64,000 nt of DNA from Phaeosaccion multiseriatum. Its lineage: Eukaryota; Protista; Ochrophyta, other classes. This document shows positions 13,461 through 24,258 of the stretch, one piece after another. Below the pieces are notes generated by a model that saw nothing but the letters and a program-made list of their open reading frames with translations, had not been told where the DNA came from and did not search any database. The stretch lies in the NCBI GenBank assembly GCA_965112735.1, contig OZ218953.1:2852001-2916000 (forward strand). Reading direction: 5' to 3'. The position numbers and the translations under genes are program-made. How positions within the stretch are numbered: position 1 is the first letter of the stretch; each line of letters starts with the position of its first letter.

Positions 13461-14382
13461 AGAGACGGCTTCGCTTCGCTTTGCTTTGCATTGCTCTGCT
13501 TTGCTTTCGCGGCAGGCTGGCGGTCCTTGGTGGTGTGCGTGCGTGCGTGCGTGCATTCCCATGCGACGAAAGAGAGGACGGCGCTTTCCCTTCAGCGCAG
13601 CCTGTGCTGCTGCCGGACTTCAGCACTTGTTTGATTCGAGAGGAGTGGCCTCTTTTGGCCCTCCCCCACCCCATCACCCCACCCGGATCAAGGGCAAGCG
13701 AGGATTGGCGGCGCGAGATGTCAAGAGCTCACTGCTCGAAGGCCTCACTGCTCGAAGGCCTCTCGTCAGTTTGAGTTCATTCGTGCCTCGTCTCGTGGAC
13801 GATTCTGCTTCGCTGCTGCGGGACATGGAGTGACTTGCTGTGGAAATCGGAAACCTCTAGGCAGTGTCCACAGATGGCGGAGTGGACGAGGGCTCACATC
13901 CCACGCACACACGCCTCACACACACACGCACGCAGCATACACGGTAGCTCCGCGGCCCGGAGTCCGTTACAGCAGCAGCAGTCCCCACCCCTAGCATCCT
14001 GTTGAAACGGTCGGCTTAGAGGAGAGAGCTGCGTGGCTGAGCCAGGATGGACCCCAAGTACCCAAAGTGTCCATGTCCATTGATGTCCAAGGGGGTCCTA
14101 ACAGTCATAACAGGATGGCTGACGCACCCTGCTTCGGCGCTCACTTCAGCAGCAATAACAGCCTAAGGAGAAAAAAAAAGGGAAAAACAGGCGTCTGTCG
14201 TTAGCGCGGCGTGGGGGGGTTGTCGCCAGCCCAAGAATGTCGTACGACCACCTCACTCCCTCAAATTTCTTCTTTTACCCACCACTATAATACACCCACT
14301 TTTCCTCCCTCCAAGGATTTAATGATATCTCCCAATCAATGAGATAGTACCTAAGAGTGATGCTCTTGCTCGGTTCCGGTCG

Positions 14383-15553
14383 ATGCGCTGGTTTGGTGCT
14401 GCTGGTGCTGCCACAGCTCTTCTGCTCATCATGGTTCTGAGGATCCACAGAGTCAATGGCCTACTGCTCGCCGCCAGAGGCCCTTTCCTCCACCCCGCCG
14501 CTGCTGCCTGCAAGGCCTCGGGTCTAGGAGTGCGACGCGTTGGATGGGTGAGCGGAGGAGGAGCTTGGACTTCTGGCCGGACTGCGTGCAGGCTACACGG
14601 CGGTACCAGTAGGGAGGGGATGTACATCCAGTATGGCGGCAACAGCAGCTGCCGCCCAAGCCGCAGAAGCAGGAAAAGAAACCGAAAGACTGAACCGCCT
14701 CCCATACCCTCTCTAATGGCGTGCGAAGGGGGAGGCAGCAGATTCTGCCTGGGACAGGAGAGGCTTGTCCCTTCCCCGTCCTGCTGGCGCTGCGGTTCCC
14801 ACGCCGGCCACTACGCGACCGCAAGAGCAGGAGCAAGGATGCTCTCAACGACCGGAAGACCTGCTACTACCTCTGCTGCTGATGCTGCTGCTACAATTAC
14901 AGAGGACGAGGACTGCGATGAAACCTTAGACTGCGATGCGGCCTTGGCTTCTTCTGCTGCGGTCGCCGCCTCGGCTGGCTCACGCCCATCAGCACCACAA
15001 GACTCTCCCCTCTGCTCGCCCTCTCCATCGGCCGTCATCCCTCCATCCCTTCCGCATCATCCACTAACCACCAACGAGAAGAAAGAGCCCAATAAGCCCC
15101 CTCCCCTCTTTGGAGATTTGGACGCTTTCGTCCTCGAGACTTCGGTTCAACAGGCCTTCTCTGGGCCCTGCGGGGTCCGGCCTGGCGACTCCATCCTACT
15201 CCTTGTGAGTGGGGGTAGCGATTCAGTCGCCCTCCTTCTCCTTGCCCACGCGATTCAGAAGCGCTTCGAGCCTTCTGTGCAGCTGGAGGTGATGCATTTC
15301 AACCACGGACTGAGGGTGGCGGAGTCGGCGGAGGAGGAGGTGTTTGTGAGGGATTTGGCGACGTCTTTGGGACTGCCCTTCCATGTCCGGCGATGGGCTG
15401 AGAATGAGGCACTTCAGCCGAAGGGTATGCAGGCGAGAGCGAGGCTGTGGCGGCAGACCGAAGCTGTGGCTTTCGTACATCAGCAGCAACAGCAGCAGCA
15501 GCAGCAGTGTCAGCAGCAGAGTAGGGAAGTGGAGGGGCTGGAAGGTGAGTCCC

Positions 15554-15588
<35 letters not shown>

Positions 15589-16342
15589 AGTGGTGGGCAG
15601 TTCTTCATCGCTACTGCGCATCACGAGGACGACCAGGTGAGGGAGGAGGGGAAACACACTTTGGGGTAAAGAAGAGTAGAGCAGACAGAGCCTGCAAGAG
15701 AGCAAGGAAAAAGACGGGGAGTGCTTTCAATGAATTCCTTTGAATAGGAAAGGCTGGGCTATGCTGAGCCATGGTCTTCCCACCCCCCCCCAACCCCCTC
15801 TGTACCCATCCATCCATTCCCCACCCTCTGGAATCCGCGGGCTCTGTCAGGTGGAGACTCTGCTGCTGAAGCTGCTGCGGGGCGTGCATGTGAGCAAGCT
15901 GCTGGGCATGGCGTGGAGGTCTTCGCCTTGTGCCACACCGGGGGAAGAGACAGGGGCGAGAACGGTAGCAACAGGAGCAAGGGCAGGAGTAGAAGCAGGA
16001 ACAGGAGGACCAGGAAGAGCACAAGCAGACACAGTTCGTTCACCTTCTGATGTGGTTTTTATCCATCCCCTCCTAGGCACGCCCAAAGCCTCTCTGCAGG
16101 CCTACGCAAGGCTCAAGGGCAGTGGCTGGAGGGAGGATGCTTCCAATCAACAGCGCAAGGGCAAGCGGAACAAGCTCCGCCTGGACGTGATCCCCCTCCT
16201 ACAGGAGCTGGCGGGGGGGGAGGAGGCGCTGAGGAGTCGGGTCAGGGACGTGGGGCATCAGAGCTACTTGGTGAGGAGTATGGTGGAGAGGCAGGCCGAG
16301 GAGTGGGAGTGGGAGCAGGGCATACGAGGAGGGGTACCAGGC

Positions 16343-16376
<34 letters not shown>

Positions 16377-18204
16377 TGGTAGTACAGCAGCGTGGTTGGG
16401 GAGCTCAGATGCTGCTACCCCTGCGTCCCCTTGTTGGGGCATCCGCCGGTGTGGCCGATGCAGCACTGCGGGAGGAGATTGTCCATCGCTTTATCCAGAG
16501 GGCCACAGACGGCAAAGTAATCGTTTCGTACCGCATCTTACAAAGGATCGACGCGCTGCTTGCCCAGGGAGGCAGACAGTGGGAGTTCAGCATCGGCCGC
16601 AGGTGTGTGTGTGTGTGTGTATGTGTGTGTATGTATGTATGTATGTATGTATGTATGTATGTATGTATGTATGTATGTATGTATGTATGTATGTATGTAT
16701 GTGTGGTTATGAGTGTGTGTGCATGCACCCGTTTATGTATGTGTGTGCACCTGCCTGTGTGTGTATGCGGGCGCGTCTTCATTGACATTCGAGGGAAGCT
16801 CCGCGCCTTTAAGCGTAGCATGTCCTCTCTCGTTTCCCTGTGCTCGGTTTGGTTGGCCCTACACACCACGCCTAAACGACGATTTGCCTCGGACACGTGT
16901 GTTTCTCTCTCTCTCTCTGCATGTGCGTGTGTGTGCGTGCGTGCGTGTGTGCGTGGGTATGTGACACGACAGATACACGGCACAGCGCGAGGGCGACGTG
17001 CTGCGAGTGGTGGAGAAGGAGGGAGGAGGTAAGTCGCGGCGCTCAAAGCAGCAAGGGGAGATCCCCCGACCTCGCACACCTTCCAACACACTCGTACTGT
17101 GCGTCGACGAGGGAGGCAGCGGGGGCGGTGTTCAGCTTTGGGCCGACCCTACGCATTGGTCCGTGGTAGCCACCCGTGGAAGAGGGGAAGAGGAGCAGTT
17201 GGTACTACAGCAGCAGGAGGGAGAGGGCGGTCCCGACGATGCCAGAGGCGGTGGGGAGAAGGCAGGTCGGCCTTTGACAGAGAGCCGCACAGACGAAAGC
17301 TCCAATCTAGCCTTGCGGATTCGGCTGTACAATGTGCCGCTTGGGGTCAGGTTGGTGATTCGTCCTGCGTCGCCAGCGGACGATCTGTTCTGGCCCAGCT
17401 GGAGGCCGCACCCCATCAGGCTGAAGGACTTCCTCAGAGCTCAGAAGGTGAGAGGGGGAGGGGGGGGGGAGGAGAGAGAGGGGACAAGGAGAGGAAAAGG
17501 GAGACAGGAGAGAAGGAGGGGGGGGGGGGAGATGGAGAAGGAGGTTCTATCTCAGAGGGCCCACACAAGCTGCACACGCATACCCGCCCACCCACCCACC
17601 CAATCACACAAAACACGCACGCACACACACGCACACACACACGCGCGCAAACTCACACACACTCACATACTTACACACAACACACACACACACGCACGCA
17701 CACATACATATTCACTCTCTCTCTGACATACACACGCACACACTGCCACAGATACCCCTCCACTTGAGGACCCACGCCTTCACGCTTGTGCTCAAGGCCT
17801 CAGCGGCACCAACGACGGCGTCAGCAGGGACTAACGCCTCGACATCCACATCGGCATTAACATCGACATTGACATCGACTATGGAGACTAGTGCCGCAAC
17901 GCCCTTCCAACAAGGCAGGGAGGGCGTGGAAGACGACGGGGTGGCAGCAGACGGCGAGGGCGACACCGTACTGGCCGTGCTGCTGCCTTCCGTGATGACT
18001 GGCGGCAGGGGGGGAGAGGGAGGGGAAGGGGAAGGGGAAGGGGAAGCGAAAGGACGCCGCGTGGATGGCCTCAGCGCTTCGAGCCCGAGTGACCACTTGG
18101 TGTACCTGGAGTGCCACGTGGGCCACAACTGCTTCTCAGACACGACGGGCCTAGCGCCTCTGCATCTTGAGCTACGGAGAGGGCGCGCGCGTGAAGCTCT
18201 TTGA
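14383..18204 (+). CDS. tilS: tRNA(Ile)-lysidine synthase, nuclear-encoded and organelle-targeted; exons 14383-15636, 15851-16602, 16973-17447, 17752-18204
   Basis: PP-loop LLVSGGSDSVALL, HFNHGLR..ES..EE.FV, ATAHHEDDQ|VETLLLKLLRG, HPLL, WREDASN...RNKLR..VIPLL and C-terminal LKDFLRAQK|IPLHLR. Long N-terminal extension; the start codon is uncertain. Confidence 0.9.
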
Positions 18205-18650
18205 AGCAAGCTCAGCTCTGAAAGGGGCGGCGGAGGTTGGGGGCCAAAAAACCCAGGAGGATGAAGTACTCTACTCGTGGGGACAGCAAAAGCCGTTTTA
18301 TCTTCTTTAAGAAGCAAGCTCGTGGACACAGTCCACTCCCGCTTCCACTTGTTCCCACAATGGGGTTGTGAGCTGCCTCTACTTTACTTTGACCCATCAA
18401 GCGAGGAGGTTAGGGACGTGCGCTGAAGGCAAGTGACCTTGTGTCAGCAAAGCGCATCCTACGGCTGTACTACGCAGCAGCGCTTGACCTGAGCTCAGTG
18501 GGCCACGCAACCGCACTTGTGTTTTGAATGCGTTGTGTTTGCCTGGCCCACGCAGCCATGGCCGGGCTCTGTCACTTCACTTAGAAGGGTGCAGACATGG
18601 AGCATGTGCCTCCCACCAGCTGGGGCATGGCATGCATACATCGCCTATCT

Positions 18651-19137
18651 GTGCGCGCTCGATTCAGCCCACATCCTCTCCAGTCTTATGGGCCCCCAAC
18701 CCCAACTTCCTCTACTGCCAGGAAAATGCCTGCCTCTACTGCACAGCTCACACACACTAACTGTGGTGTAGAGGTGTTCACGGGTTCAAAAACTGGACTA
18801 GATGGGAGGCAAGTGTGTTATGAGTTAATAACTGCCTCTACTGTCAGTGTACTCAAGTCGTACGGGCACTAGAGGTAGTTAAAGGCCCACAAACTGGGGA
18901 AGATGTGAACGGAAGCAATGACACAAACGTGCTGCCTTCATGGTCAAAAGCAAAACAAGCCCTCTCCTGCTGCTACTGTGCGCTCGATTCAGCCCACATC
19001 CTCCTCAGGTTATGAGCCTTAACTGCCTCTACTGTCTGCGCACTCAAGTCGTACGGGCACTAGAGGTAGTTAACGGCCCACAAACTGGGGAAGATGTGAA
19101 CGGAAGCAATGACACAAACGTGCTGCCTTGTGGTCAA
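18651..19137. repeat. Three tandem diverged copies of a ~105-190 bp unit, each containing a long imperfect inverted repeat (hairpin)
   Basis: 18830-18945 and 19020-19137 are near-identical, and 18651-18806 is a more diverged copy. In the last copy, 18995-19036 is the imperfect reverse complement of 19056-19098. Confidence 0.85.
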
Positions 19138-19219
19138 CGGCAGAACAACCTTTCCTCCTGCTGGTGCTGCCCAAGCTGAGAGCGACATGCACACACATGC
19201 ACACACAGATGTGTCCATC

Positions 19220-19830
19220 ATAGTGTCGCCACATGCGCTGACTCAAACCCACCGCCTTCGTCTTCTCTTCTGAAGTCTGCTGCGAGCCAATCTGCGGAGA
19301 TGCAAGGCATTACTTCGTGCGTTGCGTCGTCTAGGAAGGCCCTTGAGCCCCTCGCTCAGCCACTGCAAGGAGTGAGGGAGCGTGACGTGACGTGACGACT
19401 TGCGTGGCGATTGCCCTTCACCCCTCGGGACACACGAAGCTTCTCGGCGTGGCTGCCGAACTGCTGCGGCCTTTGGGCCATGTGCCCGGCTTTCCCGACC
19501 ACTAGGTGCACCGCGAGCAAGTGTGCCGACCGGAAGTGGAGCTGGGTAAGGCCCTTCCCTCTAGTCAATCGGATCACGGGTCGGTGTTCTTGTTGCTGCC
19601 AGACCTTCCTCGCTCAATAACCTTTTGCAATGCGAAGGACAGAGCAAAGGGATGAAGGACAAGAGCGCATAGTGAGCGGGCAAGGCCAAGCAGTGGACTC
19701 ATCAATACCTTTTCCAACTCCCAATGCAAGGTCTCCTTGACAAGGAGGCCAGACACATGTGGTGTAAAGAAGGGAATGTCAAAACCTCAGCTCTTCCCCT
19801 CCTCCGGGTTGTCCGGGAAAAGTGTTGAGA
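19220..19830 (-). pseudogene. Possible decayed spliced gene or transposon remnant
   Basis: Coding-like fragments (FPDNPEEGKS*GFDIPFFTPHVSGLLVKETLHWELEK; VIRLTRGKGLTQLHFRSAHLLAVHLVVGKAGH; WLSEGLKG) separated by GT-AG-like gaps, with stops and frameshifts. No family recognised. Confidence 0.25.
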
Positions 19831-20765
19831 GGCAAGGAGAAGGAAGCAGCCCTACGCGGACTAACCCCCTCAAGTTGCTCTGGCACGCGAGAAAAAACTG
19901 CACCCGTAATCGCCGTGGCATCGGGGCGGAGAGTGTTGCGTGCAACAAAAAGGACATCGACCACAGTACAAAGGCATGCCCAACCCCTCTACCTTAAATG
20001 AGGCAAAGAAAAAGGATTGGAGCTGGAGACAGCTCTGTGGAAACCTACTGCTGCCTACAGCTCTGCCTACTTTGCGTGTTTGGTGATGTGTGGCTGTGGG
20101 GAATTGCTTTTCTCAGACAAATGCCTCGTTTGTAATCGTGGTTGGCGTCCAAGGGAAGCTTGTCGGAGAGGGCAAAACGCCCCGATTCCGACGCACATAC
20201 CCAAGCACTATCATACTCGTCATCTTATTGTATCTTCACAGAAAGCACCCAGCCACCACACAATCACACACGCCAACGCCTTGGTTTAGATTCCTGTCTC
20301 CCATTCCCTCTCTCTCTCCGTCCTCATCCCTCTCAGTCCCGACTCCCAGCCCTGACCAAAGCAACATGTACTGGTGCAGCATCCCCACTCCATCATCCAT
20401 CCCCCGCTCCTCGTTCACCCCCTCCACCCTCCAGATACCCCCTCCACGATCTTCCTTACCTCATTCATGCTTTGCTGGTGGTCCTTCGCCCCGCCCTCTT
20501 CCTTCCTTCCCGGGGCCCTGACCTTGATGCTCTCGGCGGGGATGGGGCGAGCCCCTCTCCCTGCACAGCCTGACTACATGACTTCCCTCGTCGACACGCT
20601 GCTAGAGGAGTGGGGAGGGAGGGATGAAGAAGTCTGCGCGTGCACCATCCCCTGCATACATTACTATTAGGTGCCCGTGCAATGTGCAGGGAGAAGTTAC
20701 GAAAGAGAGAAAAAGCAAACACCCTCAAGGTGGCTTGGCTACCCAGCAACCCGCCGGCTTGAGGT

Positions 20766-22613
20766 ATGGCTGGACAGGGAGGGGATGGGATCGAAAGCCA
20801 GCCCTTTCTCCGTCGCGTAAGAGCTTCGGGGGGAGGGGCCGAAGCGGGGGGAAAGGGAGAAGGGTCGGAAGGCACACCAATAGGAGCAGCAGCTAAAGCT
20901 AAAGGAGGAGGAGAAGAAGGTGAAGCAGTACCCCGCTGTCTACGCCTAAAAACAACAGGAGATGGACGAGAGTATGTGGTGAACTTGACGGAGGCGGAGG
21001 AGGGAGGAGGCCCCATGAACGTGGCGCAGCTCAAAAGAAGTGTGGCCAAGGTCATTGGGGCCGAGGGCAAGTACCTCAGGCTTATCGCAGCGGGGAAAAT
21101 GCTTGCGCCAGACGACAGATGCTTATCATCGTAAGTTGACTGAGTCCCGAGTGTGGACTAGAAAAATGGGCGCGAGGAGGGGTTTCGGGTCTTCAAAGGA
21201 AAGGGGGGCGGGAGACAAAGAGGCCGCCGTCCTCCTCCTCCTGTGTTATCTTACATTACATGGCCCTGATCATCGCCGTCCTCTCCCTTGTTCTTTCATT
21301 GGCTCTCCTCGCACAGTTTCAAGCTGGCCGAGAATGCCTTCGTGCACTGCGTAGTGTCGGCCACACCGCCCAGGCAGCAGCAGGCGCAGCACCGACCCTC
21401 CGTGCTGGCCAACGCACAAGAAGCAGAAGACGAAGATAGCGACGAAGAGGCGCCCGGAAGAAGGCGGGGCTTCGCTCGGTTGCGGGACCAAGGTAGGGCG
21501 GGGAGGAACGGGTGGGGGGTAGCGGGGGAGGGGAAAGAAGACTTTGAGAAGAGACTACGGAACGAACGAAATTCCGTGCGATTTACTCTTGGTTTTGTCC
21601 GTGACCTTCTGAGCTCACGTTGTGTCGCCCCTGTTTCGTGCCCCGAGTAGGCATGAGTCGGGGAGAGGTGATGGCTCTGCGGGCTTACTTCAGCGCGGCG
21701 GTGGCACTTTACATGGAGAGCGCGGCCTTCGAGGAGACGGAGGTGAGGGGGAGACGTGTGTGCGACGCTCTGCTGCTGGTGCTGCTGCTGCTGCTGTTGC
21801 TGCTGTTGCTGCTGCTGCTGCTGCCACAAGCGGTTGTGCTTTCACCAGACATTTGCATGGAAAGGTCTCTTCTCACGTGCACCAACTATCTTTGGAGAGC
21901 TCCCGCGCCTCCCCTCCCTCCCCGAAGCTTCCTCACCCTCGTGTGTACACGCAACGAGGGGAGATGCAACGCTCCTTCTATGTCTGTGTGTGCTGATGTA
22001 CCGCCGTCTGCGCACGTCCTCACTTTGCCTCCTCTCTTGTGTGCCCTCCCCGCCCCCTCTCCTCCAATTTCGTTTGCCCGGCGCCACACAGGGCGAGGAG
22101 GCCATGGAGCGGCTCTGGAGAGGGGAGGAGGAGTGGATGGACGGCCAGGGCGAGCTCAGCGAGTTTTACGTCAATACGCTGCGCACGCGAGGGGCGCAGG
22201 CCACCCGGCAGCAGCAGCAGCAGCAGGCCTCACGCTCTCGCCTGGCCGCAGCCGGGCTGCTGCCCTTTGTCATTACCCCCGGGGAGGAATCAGACGGTGT
22301 TGGGGCCTCGGTGGGCCCTCTGGCGGGCTTTGACGAGAGTGACGGAGGAGGCACGACGCGGGACTTTGTGGTGGGCTTCGTCATGGGCTTTCTTTTGGGA
22401 TTCATCATGCTCTTTTGGATTCTCGAGGGCACCATCCCACACAAGCAAAAGCTTGGCGTCTTGGCAGGGGTGACGTGCAAGATGAGTCTCTCGTTTCTGC
22501 AAACGCCGCTGGACGGAGGAGGAGGGGGCGTCGACGACGAAGGCGAGGACAGCGGTGCTGCTGCTGCCGATGATGCTGCAGGCGGCGAGGAGGACAAACT
22601 GATGCCGTCATGA
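20766..22613 (+). CDS. DSC3: Dsc3-like protein (N-terminal ubiquitin-like DUF2407 domain plus two C-terminal TM helices); exons 20766-21130, 21317-21492, 21651-21742, 22092-22613
   Basis: UBL domain (NVAQLKRSV...YLRLIAAGKML...FVHCVVS), RGFARLRDQGMSRGEVMALRAYF, EEEWMD and DFVVGFVMGFLLGFIMLFW...KQKLGVLAG match the fungal Dsc3 architecture. Confidence 0.78.
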
Positions 22614-23596
22614 GAGAGAGGGAGAGAGAGAGCGGAGAAAGGAGAGGGTCTGATGGGGGCCTTGAGAAGGTACCGTCGTGCGAAGGAAGGCATCGGTGGT
22701 TGGAGACGACTCTTTTATTTACGGGCGGAGGGCGCAGAGGGGCGCAGGGAGGGACCCCTCTATTGGTATCCGTCGCCTGCTCTCTCTCTCTCTCTGTGTG
22801 TAGCGGCGGTCATGCTCTCTCTCTTTGCGTGCGTATGTGTGTGTGTGTGGGACAGCCAGGCGGACCTCCTTGTCAGATGTACCTCCTCTTGTCTCTTCGC
22901 TCATCGCACATCGTGACCACCTCTTACCTCTGCCCCCCCGAACTGTAGACTTGACCATACGCCACCACCCGAACCCACACCCTGTACATTTGTCCGTGGG
23001 GCCGGCGGCCCTCTCACTGTATGTATCTGATTGAGGACGCCGAGATGGGGAGATTATAATCACAATAGACTACACTGAAAGTGCGCATCCTGTCGCCATG
23101 GCCTGCGTGAGAGGTGTGAGGTGTTTGTGTAAATGATAGTGAGGGAGGCACGACGCTGCATGACAGATAGAGAATCACTACCGTGGCTGTGGAATATGTA
23201 TTCAGGGGTGGGAAGGAGCCAGCAAGGAGGGCCGCGGAGGGAAGAGGGCCCCGAGTACACACATGGCTGTGGATCGGCGAGGGGAGGATCCCAGTCCATG
23301 GCGTCCATGGCGGTGGAGAGGACCGCAGAAGCCCAGCGCAGTAGGCAAGGCGTACCCAGCACAAGCACCACGCCACTAGTGCACCGATCCAAGGACCCGA
23401 GGCCATGAGAAGGAGGGATCATCGAGAGAGGAAGGGGGGAAATTACTATTAGAGGATGGTACTCTACGGACCGAAACGCCATATTCCCCCCCCCGCTCTA
23501 TGTTTTACTTATGCCCCGCCAAGAGCGGCATCCCATCCCCACAAAGAGGCAGCCTTGCTGGGTCAGACCCCTTTCACTTCATTCACTCTTGCTCAG

Positions 23597-23951
23597 TCAA
23601 AAGTACTCGGGGTGTTGGTGCAACGAGTCGCGGCTGTCGCCCCCCTGTGAGGGCACGGGTTGCACCCTGCTGGGCAGATCGAGTAGCCACTGCCCAACGC
23701 TCTGTCTCACGCTCTGGAGCCTCGCTCCACCTGCTTCGAGAAGCAGTCCCGCCGCCCCTCCTCCTCCTGCGCTTCCTTCCTCCACAAAGCCTGTGTGCGC
23801 TGCGGCCATGACCATGTGCTCTAGACCCGAGGCCGGCCTCTGCTGCAAAGGGGAGGACGAGGAGGAGGAAAGAAGGGGACGGAGGGAGGGGAGGAGGGAG
23901 TTTTGTGGAGAGGAGGAGGAGGAGGAGGAGGAGGAGGAGGAGGAGGAGGAG

Positions 23952-23983
<32 letters not shown>

Positions 23984-24192
23984 GAAGGAGGAGGAGGAGG
24001 AGGAGCAGGAGGAAGAGTAAGAAGCGTTTGTTCAGCATGTGTGTGGTGAAGCGAAGTGCATATTGTGTGGAAAGAGAGAGAGCCTTGCTCCTGACTGGCC
24101 TTCCCCACGTGAGCCAACCCACATACATGACACGTGCTCTCACACATGCTCGTACCGCGCAAGGAGGCAGCTGCTGCTTCTGTCCGAGCGCC

Positions 24193-24258
<66 letters not shown>

